Below, piece by piece: positions 48,821 to 59,226 of a DNA stretch of 64,000 bases. Within the stretch, counting starts at the first letter, position 1. Every line of letters begins with the position of its first letter. Location of the stretch: contig CAYQTC010000007.1 in assembly GCA_964420435.1 (NCBI GenBank), positions 70,018 to 134,017 of the forward strand. Direction: 5' to 3'. Origin of the DNA: an uncultured Geobacter sp. (GTDB taxonomy: Bacteria > Desulfobacterota > Desulfuromonadia > Geobacterales > Pseudopelobacteraceae). A program made the position numbers and the translations under genes. The notes below the pieces were generated by a model, which was not told the origin of the DNA, did no database searches, and saw only the letters and a program-made list of their open reading frames with translations.

Positions 48821-51800
48821 CCGGCCATCCTGGCCTTCTCGGCGTGATACTCTTCAATCGTCAGATTTCGCAGCTTGGAGGCCCGCCCTTCCTCGTTGTG
48901 GACAAAACCCACGCTGGAGACGAAAGGCTCGATGATGTGGATCTTCTGCAGAGGCGTGACGATCAGCAGCTGCAGATTGAGCTGGGCAAACAGCCGCAGA
49001 CCGTACTGCGCTGATTCGTCCGAACCACGCCCGAAGGCCTCGTCGATCACCACAAAACGGAATGTTCGCGAACGGACCGCCCCCCATTCCAGCCCGAACT
49101 GATAAGCCAGACTGGCCGCCAGAATAGTGTAGGCCAGCTTCTCCTTTTGACCGCCCGACTTGCCGCCCGAATCGGAATAATGCTCATGCTCGCTGTCGTC
49201 CTCGCGCCAGCGCTCGCTGGCGGCGAACACGAACCAGTTGCGCACATCGGTGACCTTGGCGGCCCAGCGCCGATCCTGTTCGGATAGCCCCTCCCGGCCG
49301 CGAAAGCGCTCGATGATGCGTCTGACCTGCAGGAACTTGGCCTCGGAATACTGGTTGTCATCCGATCCGGTCAAGGCACCTTCGGTACAGGCGCGCAACT
49401 CGGTCTGGAAATCGCGGATGTCGGCATCCGGTGTCGGCTGCGCCTCCAGCACGATGTAGCGCCCGGGGTTGTAGTCGATCTGGGTCAGCGACTCGTTGAT
49501 GCGGGTGATCCGTTCCTTGATCGTTTCCCGCTCGCGCGCCAGCTGCGACTGGAAGTTGGCCACCTCGCGAATGGTGTTCTCGTTCAACAGCTCCTTGAAA
49601 CGCAATTCGAAGCGCGGCAGATCGTCGGCCTGCAGGGAATCGAGCATGTTTCGGTATTCGAAACCGGCTTCGATGCCGGCATCAACCTCGGCGGTCTCCA
49701 GCCTGAACTCTTCCTTGTAGGCCGACATGGCCTGGATGATCCTGTCACGCAGGCGCTTGAGCTTATGATCCTCGTTATCGATCCTGGCCTGCAGCCAGTC
49801 ACGCATGTCGCGCTCGCGGTTGTCACAGGATTCGACCGTCAGTTGATGCTCTCCCAGGGCCTCGCTCCGCATGACAGCCAGTCTGTCGAAGCAGGCCGAG
49901 TGAATGGAGTAGGCCGGATCAAGCAGCACCGCCTGCGTCTGCTGACGCAAGGCTTCGGCATCACTCCTCTTCTGCTCGGCCTTGGAACGCTTGTCCCTGT
50001 GCTCATCCAGTTGTCCCTCTGTGGTTTTCAATGCGACAACCACCTCGTTCAGCCGTTCGGCCAACTGTTTCAACACATCGGAGGCCGATTCCAGTCTCTG
50101 TTTCTCGTCAGAAAGCTGGGCCACCTCCACGGTCAGCGACTGCCAGTCCAGCTCGCTGAAATCGCTGTACTCGTCCAGCTTTGACAGGGCTGTGATATGT
50201 TCCCTGAAGGTATTCTGCTCGGCCAGAATCCTGGAAATCAGGCTGCTGAGTTCGCCCAGACGGCTCTCCAGCTTCCTGGCCTTGACTTCCAGCGCGGTGA
50301 TCTTCTCGGCATTGGTCCATCCCAAAACAAAGCGGCTGCGGTCATCCAGCCGGTGACGATCATCCTTCTCGTGCCGCTCGCCGGGCGCCTTGATCTGTCC
50401 GGCGCGGGTGATGGCACGGATCTCGCGACGGAACTGCTCCTGTGTTGCGCAGCAGGCCACATCGAAACGGTGAGCCAATTCCCGTTCCAGCCAATCGTAA
50501 AAAGGGGTGTCAGGTTTGATGGCCAGCTTGAGCACCAGGGAATCCCTATGCAGGACGGGCAGATCACCACGAGAGCCCTGACGAACCCTGAAATAGACCA
50601 GACGTCCCCGCAGCTGCGTCCTGTCAACCCACTCCGCCACCTTGGCGTAACTCTCATCCGGTACCAGCAGTGACAAGCCGAAGTTGCGTAGGAGCCGTTC
50701 GACGCCACCCTCCCAATCGCGCTGATCGTCACGCACCTGCAGAAGTTCGCCGGCAAAAGGCATATCCGCCTCCGGCAGTCCCAGAGCCTTGCACAAGGCG
50801 GTGCGCATGGCCACCTGTTCGGCGGGAATGTTGCTGCGGCGGGCCTTCAGGCTGATGATTTCCGTCGACAGTTCGTCATGTTCCTGTTTGCCCTGACGCA
50901 AACTGACCCCGTGCTCGGTCAGATCGTTCTGCAAGGAGGCCTCGCGCGACCGAGCCGCTTCGGCCAAGTCGATAAAGTGCTGTCGCTGGGCACGAAATCC
51001 GGACTCATCTTCGGAGGGTCGCTCTCCGACCACCCGTACGAGCTCGGCATAACGCTGGGCCTTGCGCTCGCGCGTCTGTTGTTCCTGTACCTTCTTGCGG
51101 ATCTCGACCGCCAGTCGTTCCAGTCGGTCGCCGCCGTTATCGGCAATACTGCGCTTGAGTTCGTCCTGCTCGGCCCGCTGCGCGTCACGCAGTTTTTCAA
51201 GACGCCTGACGTGCGCGTCCTGCCGCTCCCACTCCTCCATCAGTCCCGCGATACGCTTGTCCAGCAGGCCGACTTTCAGCCCAGCGTAGCAGGATTTGAG
51301 CGCTTCGCGGCAGGCTCGAAGCTCTTCCACCTGATCAACGAGGAGCGAATGGCGGTCGCAGTCGCTGACCAGCGGCACAAGCAGTTCCACCTGCCGCTTG
51401 GCCTTCAGTACGGCCTCGTGCGCCCGGTTCAGGTCATCAAAATGGCTGATCAGGGCCGTGATACGAGGCGCCACGTCAAAAGGCTCCAGCATGTGGCTGC
51501 GTACAAAGTCGGTCAGATTGCCAACCGATTTTAACGACACGGTCTGATGGAACAGCTCCAGGGCCTGTTCATTCTCGATACCGAAGCGGCGACGGAACCA
51601 GGCTCCGTAGGGTGGAAAGCTGTCGAACAGCTCGGCACCCTGTCCCCGCAGTCGTTTTCGAAGCTGAGCGATGTCAGTGCCGAAGCTGGCGAAATCCTTG
51701 GCAATCGACAGGGCCCGCTCGGACGCGACAAAGAAGCGGGCCGGCTGCGATACGGCATCCTTCATCCAGAAGACCTGTGCCAGGGTCACCGTCTGGAGAT

Positions 51801-52191
51801 AGCCGGCGTTATGAAAAACGCCCAGAATCACGGAATAGTTGTTGTGGTCACGCAGTGCGACCGGCTTGGCGGTACCGCTCACCTCATTGCGCTCGGACTT
51901 GTAATGCCCGAGCACATAGGAGCGCAGCGTTCGCTCCTTGCTGTCGGCGCCGGCGGCCTTGTTGTAGGCGATGCGCTGCGCCGGCACCAGCAGGGTCGTG
52001 ACCGCATCCACCAGTGTCGATTTGCCTGAGCCGATGTCGCCGGTCAGCAGGGAGTTCTGGCCACCGGGATTCAGAGTCCAGACACGGCCGTCAAAGGTGC
52101 CCCAGTTGAACAGTTCCAGACGCTGCAGCCGAAAACCGGAAAGCGCATCGTCAGCCACGAAATCCAGGCTCATGGCTTGTGAATCATTCAT
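48817..52191 (-). CDS. jetC: Wadjet JetC-like SMC/ABC-type coiled-coil ATPase
   Basis: N-terminal head with [14 protein letters not shown] and Walker [10 protein letters not shown]. About 700 aa of heptad-rich, E/R/L/Q-rich coiled coil. C-terminal head with signature-like SGGQKEKLA, Walker [11 protein letters not shown] and LIVTPL. Start candidates are GTG 52200, ATG 52191 (8-nt overlap with jetB) and ATG 52173. Confidence 0.9.
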   Translation of the reverse strand: MNDSQAMSLDFVADDALSGFRLQRLELFNWGTFDGRVWTLNPGGQNSLLTGDIGSGKSTLVDAVTTLLVPAQRIAYNKAAGADSKERTLRSYVLGHYKSERNEVSGTAKPVALRDHNNYSVILGVFHNAGYLQTVTLAQVFWMKDAVSQPARFFVASERALSIAKDFASFGTDIAQLRKRLRGQGAELFDSFPPYGAWFRRRFGIENEQALELFHQTVSLKSVGNLTDFVRSHMLEPFDVAPRITALISHFDDLNRAHEAVLKAKRQVELLVPLVSDCDRHSLLVDQVEELRACREALKSCYAGLKVGLLDKRIAGLMEEWERQDAHVRRLEKLRDAQRAEQDELKRSIADNGGDRLERLAVEIRKKVQEQQTRERKAQRYAELVRVVGERPSEDESGFRAQRQHFIDLAEAARSREASLQNDLTEHGVSLRQGKQEHDELSTEIISLKARRSNIPAEQVAMRTALCKALGLPEADMPFAGELLQVRDDQRDWEGGVERLLRNFGLSLLVPDESYAKVAEWVDRTQLRGRLVYFRVRQGSRGDLPVLHRDSLVLKLAIKPDTPFYDWLERELAHRFDVACCATQEQFRREIRAITRAGQIKAPGERHEKDDRHRLDDRSRFVLGWTNAEKITALEVKARKLESRLGELSSLISRILAEQNTFREHITALSKLDEYSDFSELDWQSLTVEVAQLSDEKQRLESASDVLKQLAERLNEVVVALKTTEGQLDEHRDKRSKAEQKRSDAEALRQQTQAVLLDPAYSIHSACFDRLAVMRSEALGEHQLTVESCDNRERDMRDWLQARIDNEDHKLKRLRDRIIQAMSAYKEEFRLETAEVDAGIEAGFEYRNMLDSLQADDLPRFELRFKELLNENTIREVANFQSQLARERETIKERITRINESLTQIDYNPGRYIVLEAQPTPDADIRDFQTELRACTEGALTGSDDNQYSEAKFLQVRRIIERFRGREGLSEQDRRWAAKVTDVRNWFVFAASERWREDDSEHEHYSDSGGKSGGQKEKLAYTILAASLAYQFGLEWGAVRSRTFRFVVIDEAFGRGSDESAQYGLRLFAQLNLQLLIVTPLQKIHIIEPFVSSVGFVHNEEGRASKLRNLTIEEYHAEKARMAG

Positions 52192-52831
52192 CGGCGGCAC
52201 CTCCCGAGATCACGGCAAGCTGGGACTGATATGCCGCCAGGCGGGTATCGAAATCCGCCAGCCACTGGGCATCTACGAATGCCTTGAGAATCCTTCGCAC
52301 CTCGAATACCGCGGCCTGGCCACCGGAAGGCGCTGTACTTGTTTTCAAGCGGCGCAGGAAACCCAGATCAACGATCCGGTTTAGGTGGGTTTCGATCTGG
52401 TCGATCAGTTTGGCCTCGTTGCTGCTTTCGGGCAGAAAGACACGAACCAGCTCGACGATTTCGTCCCGGCTGAGGACCAGGCGCGTATCCCCGCCGCTGG
52501 CATCGAACTCGGCCAGTTTCTTGCGCAAAAGCGCCAGCAGCAGACTGACCGAAAACGACAGCGGACGCCGCGCTATCAGGCGCGGCAGTTTTGGCGCCGG
52601 GTCATCATCCGCCTCCGGGCGCGAGCGCAGAAAAGCATACCCTTCCGCTTCGTCCAGCACCAGTTCCAGACCCAACACGGCCACATAGTCGCGCACGCCG
52701 GACTGCAGTTTCAGCAATGCTCCCCACAGGCTCACATCACTCTCCTGATAGATCACCCCTTTCAGCAGGGGGATGACCAGGGCCGAAAGGTCAACTGTTA
52801 CCGGGGCGTTTTCTCGCTCTTGTTCCGTCAT
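52184..52831 (-). CDS. jetB: Wadjet JetB-like protein (DUF4194; MksE/KITE-like small subunit)
   Basis: 215 aa. [48 protein letters not shown] matches my recollection of the DUF4194 core. It starts 2 nt after the jetA stop. Confidence 0.85.
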   Translation of the reverse strand: MTEQERENAPVTVDLSALVIPLLKGVIYQESDVSLWGALLKLQSGVRDYVAVLGLELVLDEAEGYAFLRSRPEADDDPAPKLPRLIARRPLSFSVSLLLALLRKKLAEFDASGGDTRLVLSRDEIVELVRVFLPESSNEAKLIDQIETHLNRIVDLGFLRRLKTSTAPSGGQAAVFEVRRILKAFVDAQWLADFDTRLAAYQSQLAVISGGAADE

Positions 52832-52833
52832 CT

Positions 52834-54288
52834 CTACCTCACAAAAATAACGCGCGGCAAACGCGCCTGTTTTTCCTGTTCCAGACCGTTTGAACCGCTG
52901 CCCCGCCAGACAATGACATCGGTCGTATCTTCATCCACCACGCTCCTGAAAGCGTCGCCCGCCAGCTGCAGGTAGGCCACCAGTTCAGCCAGACCGTGCT
53001 GCAGCGGCTGTATTTCGCACAGCTCGGACAGGGTGATCTGCTGACGATCCTGCAATGTGTGGCGTATATGCCGCGCCAGCCGCATTTTATCGATCACTAC
53101 CTGCGAATACAGCACGGACGCATCCACGTCGGAATCGCCAGATTCCAGCGCGATATCGGCAAATACCGGTTTAATCGCCGGGGTATGCAGCGGACGTTCC
53201 ATCGGCAGCTCGATATCGGCGGCGGTGTCCGCAATCGTCATCACCTCACCCGCCGGCGGCGTTTCCCGGACTGCCAGCGCCTTGGCTTCGATGCCGTGCA
53301 GTATGTCCATGATGCGGCGGTTTTCCAGCCAGGCCTGATCATCCAGAAAACGGCGCAACTGCTGCGAGAGCAGCGCCACCGTGCGCTGAGTATGCTCGCC
53401 GGCCTCCAGCCAGTCGTAATGCACACGGCGTGTTCTGGCGTCCGGCTTGAGCTCGGCCACCACCGGCAGAGCCAGTACGCGCTCCAGCAAGGCAGACAAC
53501 TCATCCTGGCGGCGGCTCGACATCAAAAAATCCCAGAATGCGCGGAAGCTGCGCCCCTGGTCGGTATCGGCAATGGCATCGCGCTCGCCCATGATCTCTT
53601 CCAGCAGAGCTCCTTTGGCCCCCTCCCAAAGCGCGATGCGTTCGCGCACGCGCCGGTCCAGCCCGCGAAAGTTATGCTCCACCTCGCGGAAATCGCTCAA
53701 CAGCTCACGCGCCATGGAGATAAACTGCTGGAAGCGCTCCTTCAGCGCCGTATCATCCAGCATCGGTATATCGCCAGACAGAACCCGGGCAATTTCGGCG
53801 TCTATATCATCGCGCCGCTTGTGAAGTTCCGCCAGGCGGGTCTGGGGGTCGGTCTCGCTCCCCTCGCTCATCTGCTTGAGTAGCTCAAACAGTGTCAGCA
53901 GGCGCGATTCGGTCCCGACGAAACTGCGCTCGGTGAGCGTCCCCAGCCAGGCAATCGCCTTCTCGGTAGCCGGTACCAGGTCGAAATGCGGTTCATCCGA
54001 ACCCTGGCGGTAGAACTTGCGCAGCCAGCCGCGCTCGGCGGCTGCCCAGTCATTCAGGTACTCAAGGGCGGACTTGGGAAAGGCGCCCGCCCCCTGCCGC
54101 TCGCGCAGGGCAAACAGCTCGTCTTCCAGCGCTTCCGCCAGATCCGCCTGCGCCATTACCCGCACATTTGGCACAATGAAAACGCGGTGCAGAAAACTAG
54201 CCACCAGCGGAGCGTGGTCAGAACGCAAAAAGCGCCAGGCCGGGTGGCTTTGGCGCAACAGATCAAGGGTGGCGTAGTCGAAGCTCAA
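52834..54288 (-). CDS. jetA: Wadjet JetA-like protein (DUF3375; MksF/kleisin-like subunit)
   Basis: 484 aa. The N-terminus LLRQSHPAWRFLRSDHAPLVASFLHRVF is typical of DUF3375. TTG start at 54288 with GGAG upstream. First gene of the operon. Confidence 0.85.
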   Translation of the reverse strand: MSFDYATLDLLRQSHPAWRFLRSDHAPLVASFLHRVFIVPNVRVMAQADLAEALEDELFALRERQGAGAFPKSALEYLNDWAAAERGWLRKFYRQGSDEPHFDLVPATEKAIAWLGTLTERSFVGTESRLLTLFELLKQMSEGSETDPQTRLAELHKRRDDIDAEIARVLSGDIPMLDDTALKERFQQFISMARELLSDFREVEHNFRGLDRRVRERIALWEGAKGALLEEIMGERDAIADTDQGRSFRAFWDFLMSSRRQDELSALLERVLALPVVAELKPDARTRRVHYDWLEAGEHTQRTVALLSQQLRRFLDDQAWLENRRIMDILHGIEAKALAVRETPPAGEVMTIADTAADIELPMERPLHTPAIKPVFADIALESGDSDVDASVLYSQVVIDKMRLARHIRHTLQDRQQITLSELCEIQPLQHGLAELVAYLQLAGDAFRSVVDEDTTDVIVWRGSGSNGLEQEKQARLPRVIFVR

Positions 54289-54418
54289 TTTTTACTCCAC
54301 AATCAGGCATGTACTTTAACATCAACCGGAAATATCCGATACAAACAGAAACATATTGGCACAACCTGACACACCATGACGCATGCATTACGGCTATCAA
54401 AAAAGCGGCATATTCCCC

Positions 54419-55804
54419 CTACCCCACCTCGGCATACTCACGCACGCGAAACTCGGCGCCCAATGATTCCGCCAGCCTGCGGCAGGCATCGACATCCGTT
54501 CCCGGCACTGTCACGGCGCTGGCCACCACCTGCGGAATGTGTTTTTTGGCCTCGCGGATAAAGTTGCAGACACCGTCAAAACCTTTCGCGCCAAACGGGG
54601 TATTGCAGAGATGATCATACGCGGCCGCATCAGAGGCATTCAGGCTGACCGATATGCTGTCAACCAGTCCCGCCAGTTCCGGCAGGATATTGCGGCCATG
54701 GACAAGATTGGCCTGACCGTCGGTGTTGATGCGAATGCAGCAGCCGCGCTGTTTAAGCTCACTCGCCACCTGTTTTACCAGCTCAAGCCGGATCAACGGT
54801 TCGCCGTAGCCGCAGAAAACAACTTCATCATACCCTTCTGTCGTGCCGACCGCCGCCATAACTTCATCGAATGAGGGTTCTCCGTCCAGCAGCAGATTGT
54901 GCCCCTTTACAGTGAAATCGTCGAATTTAGCGCAGAAGCTGCAGCGGTTTGAACAGCGGTTAGTTATGTTGAGATACAGAGAGTTGCGGATGCGGTATGC
55001 AATCTTGGTGGATTGGTCCCACAGGCGGATGCCAAACAGGTCGCGCACATTTTTGGTAGTGATACGCGCGACATCATCCAGGGTCAAGCCCTTCAGTTCG
55101 GCGATTTTTTCTGCTGCCATCCGCACATAGGCCGGCTCATTGCGCTTGCCGCGATACGGGACCGGAGTCAGATAAGGGCAGTCGGTCTCAACCATCATGC
55201 GGTCGATACTGACGGCTCGCACCACATCCTGCAGAGCCTGATTGGACGGATAGGTTATCGTTCCGGGAATCGAGATATAGAATCCCATCCCGATCGCCCG
55301 GGCAGCCATTTCCGCATCCCCGGAAAAACAGTGCAGAACGCCGCGCCTGACAGTCTCTTTACACAGAATGTCCATTACCTTGTCATGGGCATCGCGATCG
55401 TGTATGATGACCGGCATTTCCAACTCTCCCGCCATCTGCAGAAACCGGCGAAATACGGTTTCCTGGGCATCACGCGGAGAACGGTCACGATAAAAATCCA
55501 GACCGATTTCACCGATCGCAACTATCTTGGAGCTGGACTGCGCCAGGTTCCGGATGACGTCATAGCACTTTTCGGTCACGCGACCGGCATCGTGCGGATG
55601 TATGCCTACCGAAGCGTACAGTTGCGGATATTTTTCAGCCAACTCGACCGATTCCCGGCTGGATTCGAGGTCTGTGCCCACCACCAGCATGGCCCCCACG
55701 CCGGCATCCACAGCGCGTGCAAGCATTTCTTCAAAATCGCCGGCATAATCGCGATAATAGATATGGGCGTGAGAATCGATCAGTACCGGTTTGATCTCGT
55801 TCAT
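54419..55804 (-). CDS. Fusion protein: TatD-family metal-dependent hydrolase (N-terminal) plus radical SAM domain (C-terminal)
   Basis: N-terminus LIDSHAHIYYRDY...HDRDAH...ETDCPYL (TatD). C-terminal about 190 aa has LNITNRCSNRCSFC (CX3CX2C) and GYGEP. Confidence 0.85.
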   Translation of the reverse strand: MNEIKPVLIDSHAHIYYRDYAGDFEEMLARAVDAGVGAMLVVGTDLESSRESVELAEKYPQLYASVGIHPHDAGRVTEKCYDVIRNLAQSSSKIVAIGEIGLDFYRDRSPRDAQETVFRRFLQMAGELEMPVIIHDRDAHDKVMDILCKETVRRGVLHCFSGDAEMAARAIGMGFYISIPGTITYPSNQALQDVVRAVSIDRMMVETDCPYLTPVPYRGKRNEPAYVRMAAEKIAELKGLTLDDVARITTKNVRDLFGIRLWDQSTKIAYRIRNSLYLNITNRCSNRCSFCAKFDDFTVKGHNLLLDGEPSFDEVMAAVGTTEGYDEVVFCGYGEPLIRLELVKQVASELKQRGCCIRINTDGQANLVHGRNILPELAGLVDSISVSLNASDAAAYDHLCNTPFGAKGFDGVCNFIREAKKHIPQVVASAVTVPGTDVDACRRLAESLGAEFRVREYAEVG

Positions 55805-55807
55805 TGG

Positions 55808-56605
55808 TTAACCTTTCAGCTCTTCTTTGAGACCTTCAACGACCGCCTTGACTTCGGCAATCATATCGGCCGCCTGTGTTGATGTTTCATATTTCAGATA
55901 TTTTTCAAAGAAAGCGATCGCATCGGCGGTACGATCCTGATCCATGCAGATTCCTCCCAGGGTCAGGTAGGCCATACCGTAAGCCGGATCCAGGCGTACC
56001 GCCTCCAGACATTCTTCCTCGGCTTCTTCCAGTTCTTCCAGATCATAGTACAGTTCTCCAAGATTGAAGTGAGCTACCGGATCCTCAGGGTCTATTTCTA
56101 CACCTTTTTCAAAGGCCTTGATCGCTCCCTCCACATCCCCCTTGCCGTAAAGAGCATCACCCAGCGCATTCCAGGCGAATACATTATCGGACTCAAGCTC
56201 TAGAGCCTGCTCAAAGGCCCGGATGGCTTCTTCACTGCGATCCTGGCTGTTGTGCACTAAACCTATGCTGACCAGTGCATCGGCATCTTCAGGATCGATC
56301 TCCAGCACCTTTTTATAGCAGACAAGGGCGTCCTTGTGCTTTCCGGCTTCAAACAGCATATCACCCAGCGTAGTCAAAGCCTCTGCGTCTTCAGGGGCCA
56401 GCTTGAGACCTTCGCGGTAGCGCTCGATAGCTTCGTCCAGCTGACCGTTTTCAGCCAGCGCATCCCCGAGATAGAACCAGCTTTCAGGCTCGCTTTTGTG
56501 GTCGGCCCAATACCCTTCCAATACCGAGATGGCCTCGGTAAGCTTGCCCGAATCGAGCAGATCAAGACCGTTTTTAACAGTCTCATTAATAATTGTATCA
56601 TTCAT
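55808..56605 (-). CDS. Tetratricopeptide-repeat protein
   Basis: Seven or so 34-aa repeats with the pattern ...W..LG.A....G....AI..YE.AL...P. Confidence 0.8.
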   Translation of the reverse strand: MNDTIINETVKNGLDLLDSGKLTEAISVLEGYWADHKSEPESWFYLGDALAENGQLDEAIERYREGLKLAPEDAEALTTLGDMLFEAGKHKDALVCYKKVLEIDPEDADALVSIGLVHNSQDRSEEAIRAFEQALELESDNVFAWNALGDALYGKGDVEGAIKAFEKGVEIDPEDPVAHFNLGELYYDLEELEEAEEECLEAVRLDPAYGMAYLTLGGICMDQDRTADAIAFFEKYLKYETSTQAADMIAEVKAVVEGLKEELKG

Positions 56606-56763
56606 AGTGGTTCCCCTGTTGTTGATTGTGAATTAATTGTCAGCACTTAAATAAAGATAGCAGACACGCCCTTACATTTCCAGCGTATATCAGCCATCAG
56701 TATTTTACATTCCATTAAAAACCCTCTATACTCGCCGAAAATATAGTGCAACGGGGCATTTAA

Positions 56764-59109
56764 ATGAAAGAAACCCAGCAATCTCTCAGCCTGCGTACTT
56801 TAGAAGATATAAGCACAATTATTTTACATTCACATGATCTTCAGGAAACACTCGACAATATAGTCGCTTTGGTCGCCAAGCGTATGTCCAGCGACGTCTG
56901 TTCAATCTATCTGCTGGAAGCTGACGGTGAAACCCTTGTGCTGAAGGCGACCAAAGGCTTATCAAAGGCCTCCGTAAACCGGGTCTCGATGAAAGTCCAC
57001 GAAGGCCTCACCGGCCTGGCGGTCGAAAATCGTGACATGGTCATGACCGATAACGCCCCGTCACATCCACGTTTCAAGTATTTCAAAGAGGCCAGGGAAG
57101 AAAAGTTCCTCTCGTTTCTCGGTCTGCCGCTGTTTGAACATAAGGCGCCGATCGGCGCGATTGTCATCCAGACCCGTGAGGCGCGCAGCTTCAGTAATGA
57201 CGAGATCAGCGCCCTGCGCACGATCACCTTCCAGATCGGCAGCATTATCCACAATGCCCGCCTGCTTGACTCCATCCAGAACAAGGAACAGGAGCGTGCC
57301 TGGTTTGAGCAGGAACTCGCCAAGGTCAAAAACGGTTCACCAAGCGAGTCAACTCCGTCAAAAAAGACCGGCAAACGGGCCGCAACTTCAATAATGCTTG
57401 GCGGTACGGCTGTGTCGGGTGGTTTCAGTCGCGGAAAAGTGTACATCCTCGACCGTTTTAACGACAAAGTGATCAAACTGGCAAGAGTCGGCAGTAAATC
57501 TGAGGAGCTGGAAAAGTTCAATATTGCTCTTGAGAAGACCAAGATCCAGACCATTTACATGGAAAAACGGGTCAGCGAAACACTTTCTGCCGATGATGCC
57601 GCCATTTTCCATACCCACCTGATGATTTTGGAAGATCGCGGTTTTTCTACCAAAGTAATCGATCTGATTGATCAGGGCCTGGGTGCCAGCCGTGCCGTTC
57701 ACGATGTAGTTCAGCACTACATTCACGCATTTTCCGAAATGGCCGACCCATATCTCCGTGAGCGCTCAGCTGACATGGATGACATCGGACGACGCATAAT
57801 AGATGTCATTGTCGGAAACAACTCCATCGACATAATGCTGAAGGAAAAAAGAGTCATCGTTGCCGAAGAGATATTTCCTTCCAACCTGGCCATGCTTGAT
57901 CATGACAAAATTCTGGGTATCGTTACCGAGAAGGGCAATGCCTACTCCCACGCCGCCATCATGGCAAAGTCTCTTGGGATTCCTGCTGTACTAGGCGTCG
58001 AGGGATTGATGTCGGCCGCCAACGTCAAGGATGAAATAATTGTGGACGGCACATCGGGGCACATTTTCTTAAATCCCGACGCCGCTGTAAAAAAAGAGTA
58101 TGTACGCCTGGAGCAGGACCATGCCGGGCGCATGAAGGAGCTGGAGGGTCTGCGCGATCTTCCGGCTGTTACAACCGATGGAATTTCGTTCACTTTGAGC
58201 GCCAATATCGGTCTTATTTCAGACGTTAAAGTTGCCAACCTGCACGGCGCAGAAGGGGTCGGACTTTATCGAACCGAATTCCCCTATATGGCCCGCTCCG
58301 CCTTCCCCGACCGCGAAGAACAGGCCAACATTTACCGCAAAATCCTGGAAGGATTTCCGGGACAGGCAGTCAACATCCGCACACTCGACATCGGCGGCGA
58401 CAAAGGCCTGCCCTATTTTTCATACCCCGCCGAAGACAATCCCTTTCTTGGTTGGCGCTCAATCCGCGTATCACTCGAACGCCAGGATATTTTCAAAGAA
58501 CAGCTGGCCGGAATTCTGCTGGCTTCACATGCCGGTAACCCTACAGTCATGTTCCCGCTTATCAGCAGTCTGGACGAAATCCGCCAGATCAGGGAAATAC
58601 TGACACTGGTCAGAAACGAACTTTTGCGCGAAGGGCACAATGTCCCCGGTTACATCCCGTTCGGAATCATGGTCGAGATACCTGCGGCTGTCCAGATTAT
58701 CGAATATCTGGTGCGGGAAGTGGATTATGTCAGCATCGGCACCAACGACCTGATCCAGTACACACTGGCAGTAGACCGCAACAATTCCCGTGTCCGGCAA
58801 TATTATGATCCGCACCACCCGGCCATACTGCATTCGATCAAACGCGTTGCTGATGCGGCCGCCAAGGCCGGCAAAAAGGCATCCGTCTGCGGAGAAATGG
58901 CGGCTGATCCGCTGAATGCGCTGCTGCTGGCCGGCATGGGCATCCGCGAATTCAGCCTTTCAGCCCCCAGCATTCCGGTCATTAAACAGGCCATACGCAA
59001 TCACAGCATCGAAACATGCCGCAAGCTGGCGCGCTCTGTTCTGGCCTGCCGCAGCAGTGCCGATATCCGCCGCTGTCTGACAGACGCACGCAAAAAGCTG
59101 TCCCTGTAA
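56764..59109 (+). CDS. ptsP: GAF-domain phosphoenolpyruvate-protein phosphotransferase (EI-Ntr)
   Basis: N-terminal GAF domain. Enzyme I motifs GNAYSHAAIMAKSLGIPAV (active-site His), GVGLYRTEF and SIGTNDLIQYTLAVDR. Confidence 0.92.
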   Translation: MKETQQSLSLRTLEDISTIILHSHDLQETLDNIVALVAKRMSSDVCSIYLLEADGETLVLKATKGLSKASVNRVSMKVHEGLTGLAVENRDMVMTDNAPSHPRFKYFKEAREEKFLSFLGLPLFEHKAPIGAIVIQTREARSFSNDEISALRTITFQIGSIIHNARLLDSIQNKEQERAWFEQELAKVKNGSPSESTPSKKTGKRAATSIMLGGTAVSGGFSRGKVYILDRFNDKVIKLARVGSKSEELEKFNIALEKTKIQTIYMEKRVSETLSADDAAIFHTHLMILEDRGFSTKVIDLIDQGLGASRAVHDVVQHYIHAFSEMADPYLRERSADMDDIGRRIIDVIVGNNSIDIMLKEKRVIVAEEIFPSNLAMLDHDKILGIVTEKGNAYSHAAIMAKSLGIPAVLGVEGLMSAANVKDEIIVDGTSGHIFLNPDAAVKKEYVRLEQDHAGRMKELEGLRDLPAVTTDGISFTLSANIGLISDVKVANLHGAEGVGLYRTEFPYMARSAFPDREEQANIYRKILEGFPGQAVNIRTLDIGGDKGLPYFSYPAEDNPFLGWRSIRVSLERQDIFKEQLAGILLASHAGNPTVMFPLISSLDEIRQIREILTLVRNELLREGHNVPGYIPFGIMVEIPAAVQIIEYLVREVDYVSIGTNDLIQYTLAVDRNNSRVRQYYDPHHPAILHSIKRVADAAAKAGKKASVCGEMAADPLNALLLAGMGIREFSLSAPSIPVIKQAIRNHSIETCRKLARSVLACRSSADIRRCLTDARKKLSL

Positions 59110-59226
59110 ATATCGCATGTTCCGATCAGCTTTACAGTGGATTCACGGCATGATATTTAATTAAAAGCGGGACGTTATTCCTATTAACTTCAGCAGAGCA
59201 TAAAACCATTTCAAGAGGTATCAGTT

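Noticed and set aside
48311-54369. Many long plus-strand ORFs antisense to the jet operon (for example 50878-51534, 52385-52975, 52996-53883, 53986-54369).
   Set aside because: They lie opposite genes with clear motifs. Their translations are low-complexity and R/G/Q/H/P-rich with no recognisable domain, as expected for stop-poor antisense frames in GC-rich DNA.
54357-54372. TGGCAC motif suggestive of a sigma-54 -24 element upstream of the jet operon region.
   Set aside because: No TTGC/GC element occurs at the required 10-nt spacing. The motif is on the plus strand and points at no plus-strand gene.
54415-54428. Possible att-like direct repeat of the tRNA-His 3' end (CCCCCTACCCCACC versus CCCTCTAGCCACC) at the far side of the jet operon.
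   Set aside because: The similarity is short and imperfect, needs an indel, and lies inside the C-terminal coding sequence of the TatD-radical SAM gene. It is compatible with chance.
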